A program made the translations under genes and the position numbers. From UHGV virus genome UHGV-0185509: a stretch of DNA of 26,000 bases; one strand, written 5' to 3'. The notes beneath the pieces were generated by a model. That model did not search any database, was not told the DNA's origin, and saw only the letters and a program-made list of their open reading frames with translations. Positions 20,539 through 26,000 of the stretch are shown here, one piece after another. Positions within the stretch are counted from its first letter, which is position 1. Each line of letters begins with the position of its first letter. This DNA is from a virus.

Positions 20539-22401
20539 ATGACAGACATTACAGCCAATGTGATCGTATCAATGCCTTCGCAACTCTTCACTATGGCGCG
20601 TTCTTTTAAAGCCGTAGCCAATGGAAAAATTTATATCGGTAAAATTGACACTGACCCGGTAAATCCTGAAAACCAGATTCCGGTTTATGTAGAGAACGAA
20701 GACGGCTCTCACGTTCCTGTTTCGCAACCAATAATCATTAACGCTGCCGGATATCCGGTATATAATGGACAGATTGCCAAGTTCGTAACTGTGCAAGGCC
20801 ATTCCATGGCTGTATATGATGCGTATGGTTCGCAGCAGTTCTATTTTCCGAATGTGCTGAAGTATGACCCTGACCAGTTTAGACAGGTTATAGAGGGGCC
20901 TGACGGGGCTTACGATGTTGGGTACACAACAGCATTTAATAATAATGAGATAACCGTTGGAGATGCGCTCGATAATAAAATTCCTAACATTATTGGTAAC
21001 GTTGATGTGCCACCAACTGGGTTTATTTTCCATCCATTCACAAGATATAGCGGAGACCATGACTTGCGATATATCAACGGTGGAAACCCCAAATCAATTA
21101 AAAGGCTGAAGAAGACGGGTAATGCCACCGTCACGCTCAACCCTATCACCACTGAGGGTTCCAGCCCTAGCAAGTTAACCGTCGATACAGTAGGGTACGT
21201 TAACCCGGCAAACGCCGACCCCGACGGCACTACATTTCCGGCAGGAATAAAAATTGATGGTGTCACATTTGAAGGGGACGATGCCGGCGGGCAAAGCGGT
21301 TTAACAATACTGCAAGGACACAATTTTCAGATTAAAGAATGCGGATTCTCTAAAACAAAGATTGCGATATGGTTACGTGACGTATGGATGTCGTCGGTAA
21401 GAGACTGTAGTTTGTTCGGACAGTACCTACAAGAGGGTGGAACCAGCATGACTATTGAGAATTGTTATGCGACAGTGCACGACAGCACGGTGACTCCTGG
21501 AGCATTCAGAATTTCAAATCTTCAATACTCATCCATGTCTAGCTGCGCTTCTGATGGCACCGTAAATACAGCGTATTACTTCAACGGTAATAACGGGCTT
21601 AAGGTAACGAGTTGCGGTTCGGAAGTACCAACAGCTCTAGACAAAAACTACGGGACAGCCGCGCATTTCGAAGAAAGTAACGAGATGATACTTGATAATT
21701 TCTACACATTACCTGCTTCGGGTAGCAATATTCTGTTCTCTATAAAAAACAACAACGATCTTGTATTCAATAATACTATGGTTTACGGGGATCCGGCAAA
21801 ATGGAGTCGGGATTTCTGGTTACTTGGTTCCGGGAATAAAGTAGTTGTTAATGGGGGGACTTTTGGGAATACAGGGCGTATCCCGTTGGTGGCAACTAAC
21901 GCTGCTGGTAACACGTTTATCTACAACAGTACTGATGGCAATAGCTACATCGCTAAAACGACTGGCGCGGCTATCACTGTAACCCTTGAACCTAAATTCC
22001 TTAGCAAAACTCTGGATCTTACATCCGATGTGGTCTTTGCAAATAGTGGCCCAGTTACTGGTGGAACCAAGGACATTAAGTTCACTAAGAGTGGTAACAT
22101 TGCTACGGTAGAATTTAATATCACCATCCCTGACATATCTGGCAAAGTAGGTCAACTTTTGATAAATGGCTTACCTTATGCTGCGGCACAGTCTGGTAGC
22201 GGTAGTGTATCTATAGCTTTAGGTCTTGCCACAGGGGTTGGTAATATCACTTGTGTAATACTAAGGGATGACAACCAAATTATGTTTTACAAGTCAACTA
22301 CAACTAGTGGTGTGTCTTCAGCTCTAGGTCCATCTGACTTAATTAATGGGAGTAGTTTAAGGGGGAGCATTACTTACTCCTGCGTGTCTGACTGGGATTA
22401 A
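20539..22401 (+). CDS. gp9: tailspike protein: P22 gp9-type N-terminal head-binding domain fused to a different receptor-binding (beta-helix) body
   Basis: 620 aa; first ~110 aa ([11 protein letters not shown]...[38 protein letters not shown]...[16 protein letters not shown]...NVLKYDPDQ) match the P22 tailspike N-terminus, while the remainder has no resemblance to the P22 body that I can see. Confidence 0.9.
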   Translation: MTDITANVIVSMPSQLFTMARSFKAVANGKIYIGKIDTDPVNPENQIPVYVENEDGSHVPVSQPIIINAAGYPVYNGQIAKFVTVQGHSMAVYDAYGSQQFYFPNVLKYDPDQFRQVIEGPDGAYDVGYTTAFNNNEITVGDALDNKIPNIIGNVDVPPTGFIFHPFTRYSGDHDLRYINGGNPKSIKRLKKTGNATVTLNPITTEGSSPSKLTVDTVGYVNPANADPDGTTFPAGIKIDGVTFEGDDAGGQSGLTILQGHNFQIKECGFSKTKIAIWLRDVWMSSVRDCSLFGQYLQEGGTSMTIENCYATVHDSTVTPGAFRISNLQYSSMSSCASDGTVNTAYYFNGNNGLKVTSCGSEVPTALDKNYGTAAHFEESNEMILDNFYTLPASGSNILFSIKNNNDLVFNNTMVYGDPAKWSRDFWLLGSGNKVVVNGGTFGNTGRIPLVATNAAGNTFIYNSTDGNSYIAKTTGAAITVTLEPKFLSKTLDLTSDVVFANSGPVTGGTKDIKFTKSGNIATVEFNITIPDISGKVGQLLINGLPYAAAQSGSGSVSIALGLATGVGNITCVILRDDNQIMFYKSTTTSGVSSALGPSDLINGSSLRGSITYSCVSDWD

Positions 22402-22437
22402 CCTTCTAAAGGTTAATTTTGAAAGTGCATTTGTATG

Positions 22438-22481
22438 CCCCCCCTCATGAAAATTATCTAATTCCCGAGAGGGGGGGGGGG
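22438..22481. repeat. C7...G11 inverted repeat (likely bidirectional terminator) between convergent tailspike and gtrC
   Basis: CCCCCCCTC at 22438-22446 pairs with GAGGGGGGG at 22469-22477, loop about 22 nt; the G run continues to 22481 (11 G), 1 nt from the gtrC stop. Confidence 0.6.
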
Positions 22482-22482
22482 C

Positions 22483-24006
22483 TTATTTGCAACTAATCTT
22501 TCTAAAATCAATGACAAAATACTTGTCATTCACAAATGTATTATACATTTGTCCTTTTGAAACCATTTTCATTTCGCATGGGTTAATCGTATAATTGGCA
22601 TTCTCTATGGGATTCTGTATACCAAACATTTTTATCATACCTTTTCCCCACCATCCATTATTATAGTAAAGAGGAACAACTGAAGAGAGGGAGGGAAATC
22701 TTCTTATAGCATTATCTCTTTGCGGAGATGAAGGTTGCACTCCAAAAAACATGATGGTTTTTGTGGCCTCTGGATCGTTACGTGATATTTCCTCTGCCAT
22801 GATATGCGATAAAAAATAATCAAATTTATTTTGAGCGTCCATAGCACTTCCAAATGCGTATGAGTAGACTAGAAGCGGTAATACGAAAGGTGTTGATAAT
22901 ATGATATGATGCTTAAAGTTTTTAATTAAAGAAAAATAAGATATGCCAACTAATAGCATAAATCCGCTAAACGAAGCCATGACTCTATCTGAGAATACTG
23001 GATATTTTAATAAACATAAATGTATTGCAGCAAATGCCATTATTATTAATGGAGATATCAATAACAAAATAATTATAATTAAATTTAAAAATGATCTTCT
23101 GTTATTGTTAAATATTCCAATGGCTGTCTTTATAATAAATATTGAAACTGTAGCCAAGGAAATTAATGAAAGTAATAGCATGCCATTAACATATAGCAAC
23201 ACCATTGATAAAAATGCCAATGCATTATTTATGAAAATATTAATTCCTTCACGATCAATACTTATTAATGTGGAGTGCTCAATGTTATATTCTCCGAATA
23301 CGAAGTGAGCTGAAATGTTGCTATATATAAAGTATCCAACAAGTAATTGCGCAGCTCTACATAAAATATCTATAATTAGGTCTAGTTGTTTTGTGTATTG
23401 CTTATTAGATGCGTTAATTATGAATTCTATTACTGCCAGACACACAAAAAATCCTATAACAGCCTGGTACAAGCAAAGGGATATAACAACGAAAGAAACT
23501 GAGAAAAACCATTTTAATAATTTTGAACTGTACGATAGGAACGGGAGCAGCATAAGTGACAACGCTGCTATCATTGGTACAACATCGAATTTATAAGATA
23601 AATTTTCAAGCAGAAAAGGGTTTGCAATAATTAGAAAGCATATAACGGCTGAAGCTATGCTATTAAAGTGGTTAAGGTTTGAACGAAAATATAAATATGC
23701 GCATATAATAAAAATTATTATCCCGATAAATAATGTAAGCGGAGAAATGTCAATTGTTGACTCTGCATTCAAGTTAACTAAAGACATTAATAGGTCCGCA
23801 AGAGGTCTTCCATTTGAACTCCATCCAAAATAACCATCCTGTGCTCTTCCAAGATCGTCTATGTAGTATCTATTGGCAATTATTATCGGGATGATATAAA
23901 TAAAACAAAGAGATGATAAATATATTAAAAATAATTTACCTTTTGAGTCCATATGATATTTAATAATTTTATGGCCAGTAATTAATTTGCTCATTGTATA
24001 ATCCAT
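22483..24006 (-). CDS. serotype-specific O-antigen glucosyltransferase (GtrC / Gtr-type family), polytopic membrane protein
   Basis: 507 aa, multiple hydrophobic segments, very AT-rich; sits immediately downstream of gtrA-gtrB in the same orientation, the canonical position of the type-specific gene. Confidence 0.8.
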   Translation of the reverse strand: MDYTMSKLITGHKIIKYHMDSKGKLFLIYLSSLCFIYIIPIIIANRYYIDDLGRAQDGYFGWSSNGRPLADLLMSLVNLNAESTIDISPLTLFIGIIIFIICAYLYFRSNLNHFNSIASAVICFLIIANPFLLENLSYKFDVVPMIAALSLMLLPFLSYSSKLLKWFFSVSFVVISLCLYQAVIGFFVCLAVIEFIINASNKQYTKQLDLIIDILCRAAQLLVGYFIYSNISAHFVFGEYNIEHSTLISIDREGINIFINNALAFLSMVLLYVNGMLLLSLISLATVSIFIIKTAIGIFNNNRRSFLNLIIIILLLISPLIIMAFAAIHLCLLKYPVFSDRVMASFSGFMLLVGISYFSLIKNFKHHIILSTPFVLPLLVYSYAFGSAMDAQNKFDYFLSHIMAEEISRNDPEATKTIMFFGVQPSSPQRDNAIRRFPSLSSVVPLYYNNGWWGKGMIKMFGIQNPIENANYTINPCEMKMVSKGQMYNTFVNDKYFVIDFRKISCK

Positions 24007-24023
24007 GTGATTCCGTAGTTTGT

Positions 24024-24935
24024 CTATTTTTTAATGATATATCTTGGTCTTGATTTAGACTCTATATATATTCTACCTATATACTCACCAAGAACCCCTA
24101 TCCCAATCAGTTGTACACCGCCTAAAAAGAGGATTGATACAAGTAAAGATGGGTATCCACGAACAGAATTACCAAAAATTAGAGTGTCAAAAATCATCCA
24201 TGAGCCATATATAAATGCTAGCCCAGCGACTAATAAACCAATATACGTCCACATGCGAAGAGGGAAGGTCGAGAAGCTCGTGATACCCTCAAGTGCTAGG
24301 TTCCACAATTTCCATCCATTGAATTTAGAGTCACCGGCAACACGTTCTGCCCTCGCGTATTCCACAACATCTGTGCGACCGCCAACCCAACTCAGCACAC
24401 CTTTCATAAAAAGGTTGCGCTCTGGCATAAGCTTAATGTTTTCGACAACTTCACGGCTCATTAACCGGAAATCGCCGACATTCTCCTCGATCTTTGGGTT
24501 GCTTATTTTGTTGTGCAATTTATAAAACCACTCTGCCGTTTTGCGTTTCAGTCGTCCGTCAGTTGAGCGATCAGTTCGCTTAGCCAGCACCATATCAGAG
24601 CCTGCCTGCCACTTTTCGATGAGGTGGGGAATAACCTCAATCGGATCTTGCAGGTCAACATCAATTGGAATTACAGCATCTCCGGTTGCATGGTCTAGCC
24701 CTGCAAACAATGCTGGTTCTTTACCAAAGTTTCGTGTAAATGACAGCGGAACAACCAGCGGGTCTGAAACAGCCAGAGCATTAATAATTGACTCCGTAGC
24801 GTCTTTGCTTCCGTCATTTATGAAAACAATTTCCACTTCATATGGCTTCAACTCTTCGAATTCACGTACCGTTTTATAAAAAATTGGTATCGCTTCTTCT
24901 TCATTGAAGACAGGAACTACAAGAGATATCTTCAT
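24024..24935 (-). CDS. gtrB: bactoprenol glucosyltransferase GtrB (GT2 family)
   Basis: 303 aa; N-terminus ([19 protein letters not shown]...INDGSKD) is a GT2 signature with DxD-like region ([10 protein letters not shown]) and two C-terminal TM helices, as in GtrB. Confidence 0.9.
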   Translation of the reverse strand: MKISLVVPVFNEEEAIPIFYKTVREFEELKPYEVEIVFINDGSKDATESIINALAVSDPLVVPLSFTRNFGKEPALFAGLDHATGDAVIPIDVDLQDPIEVIPHLIEKWQAGSDMVLAKRTDRSTDGRLKRKTAEWFYKLHNKISNPKIEENVGDFRLMSREVVENIKLMPERNLFMKGVLSWVGGRTDVVEYARAERVAGDSKFNGWKLWNLALEGITSFSTFPLRMWTYIGLLVAGLAFIYGSWMIFDTLIFGNSVRGYPSLLVSILFLGGVQLIGIGVLGEYIGRIYIESKSRPRYIIKK

Positions 24936-25294
24936 TTCGTATCCCTAAAGACAATGAACTTTGAATAGACGAAACCGCACACCAGACTGATGGCGGAGAA
25001 GGTGATAAGAGTGATAATTGGAGGAAATGAGCACTTATCAGCAGCCCATCCAACAGTAGCACTCAGTGTTCCCATGAACCCGACATATAACATGTAGCGC
25101 ATCGTTGTAGTCGATGCTTTGAATGTGAATCTTGCATTCGCGAAGAAGCTAAAACTCACAGCCACAACGAAACCTGCGAAGTTTGCAAGAGCTTGATTGG
25201 TATGCGCGCCATAGATACATACACCAAAAACCACCCAGTGTATAAGTGTGTTCAGCACACCAATCGAGGTGTACTTTGCAAATAGCTTTAACAT
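24932..25294 (-). CDS. gtrA: GtrA flippase-like small membrane protein
   Basis: 120 aa, four hydrophobic segments, start motif [20 protein letters not shown]; overlaps the gtrB start by 4 nt; first gene of the three-gene gtr operon. Confidence 0.85.
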   Translation of the reverse strand: MLKLFAKYTSIGVLNTLIHWVVFGVCIYGAHTNQALANFAGFVVAVSFSFFANARFTFKASTTTMRYMLYVGFMGTLSATVGWAADKCSFPPIITLITFSAISLVCGFVYSKFIVFRDTK

Positions 25295-26000
25295 TTATTT
25301 AATCAATGAGTTCTGAAAGGCATGAAGTCTATCATCCAAGTCTCAATCGATCGATGATTTGCTGTGGTTGTTGAGACAAAACTGAGAAACATAAGTCTTT
25401 GCAATGGCTTTCAAGGCTTTGTGCTATTCGATTGTGGTTGAGGCTGATCACTCCACCTTTTCATCAAGCCAGTCTACCCACCACTGCATCATGTCTCTGC
25501 ATTTATCGTAGTTGATGCATCACTATCACCCTGTAATGGCTTATTACTGGTTTGCAGACAGGTAGGCATGAACAGATACCTGCGCATGAAGATGGAACTA
25601 GTCCGGATGCGATATTTTTGGTGATCACGTACATCATCAACGAAGCGCGTTATGGTGAGTTTTATGACTGCCAAGTAATGTGAAAATTGCGATGCGTACC
25701 AAATTGTGTACCAAATTAAAATCATAAACCATGAAACCCTTACTCATGGCTGTTCTCAGGCTGGGTGCGTGTAATCGTGAAACAAAAAGGTAGATTGTTG
25801 CTTACCGTCATTCATCATTAGGTTAAATCCGTTATTTCTGCTGTATGCCAGAGTACCAAATATCACAACGCTAATCAGCTTTAGAGCGACAATTTGGCAG
25901 CGTGTGGAAACAGATAATGTCAGATTAAAATGAGATAAATGTCACATTTTCTTGCACTTTATTCCAGCCAGTTCATCAGGATTTCCGTAAAAAGAACAGC

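Noticed and set aside
20569-22155. Minus-strand ORFs antisense to the tailspike (20569..21060, 20910..21323, 21820..22155)
   Set aside because: Embedded in the tailspike coding sequence; low-complexity translations.
22471-22481. G11 tract as a translational phase-variation switch for gtrC
   Set aside because: The tract lies just outside the gtrC coding sequence, so slippage would not shift the reading frame.
22943-23596. Plus-strand ORFs (22943..23308, 23315..23596) opposite the gtrC-type gene
   Set aside because: The AT-rich sequence gives long open frames by chance; the minus-strand 507-aa membrane protein in operon context is the better call.
24034-24879. Plus-strand ORFs (24034..24525, 24541..24879) opposite gtrB
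   Set aside because: Antisense to a gene with a clear GT2 signature; Ser/Thr/Pro/Arg-rich translations look spurious.
25489-25725. Minus-strand 78-aa ORF in the terminal non-coding region
   Set aside because: No ribosome-binding context or recognisable similarity; the region looks regulatory and repeat-rich rather than coding.

Overview
This window reads as the late (right) arm of a mosaic temperate P22-like podovirus of Enterobacteriaceae, probably E. coli or Shigella given lambda-type lysis proteins; all protein identifications rest on recalled similarity, with no search run. On the + strand: a lambda/DLP12-type nin region (NinF, a Rha-ANT antirepressor-like protein, YbcO-like, RusA, NinH, Q antiterminator), a candidate late promoter and terminator, two tRNA genes, and a lambda-type lysis cassette (dual-start holin S, endolysin R, Rz with embedded Rz1). 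An accessory segment follows (KilA-N protein plus small ORFs), then a collinear P22-type packaging, head and ejection module (terminase small/large, portal, scaffold, coat, gp4, gp10, gp26, gp14, gp7, gp20, a long gp16). The window ends with a leftward mnt-like repressor with no arc/ant partners, a tailspike with a P22-type N-terminus and a different receptor-binding body, and a leftward gtrA-gtrB-gtrC O-antigen glucosylation operon whose type-specific gene is very AT-rich, followed by about 700 bp of repeat-bearing non-coding DNA. The strongest candidates for novelty are the tailspike receptor domain paired with the gtr type-specific transferase, the orphan mnt, and the accessory segment between Rz and terminase; I found no CRISPR array, no transposase and no clear multi-gene defence system.
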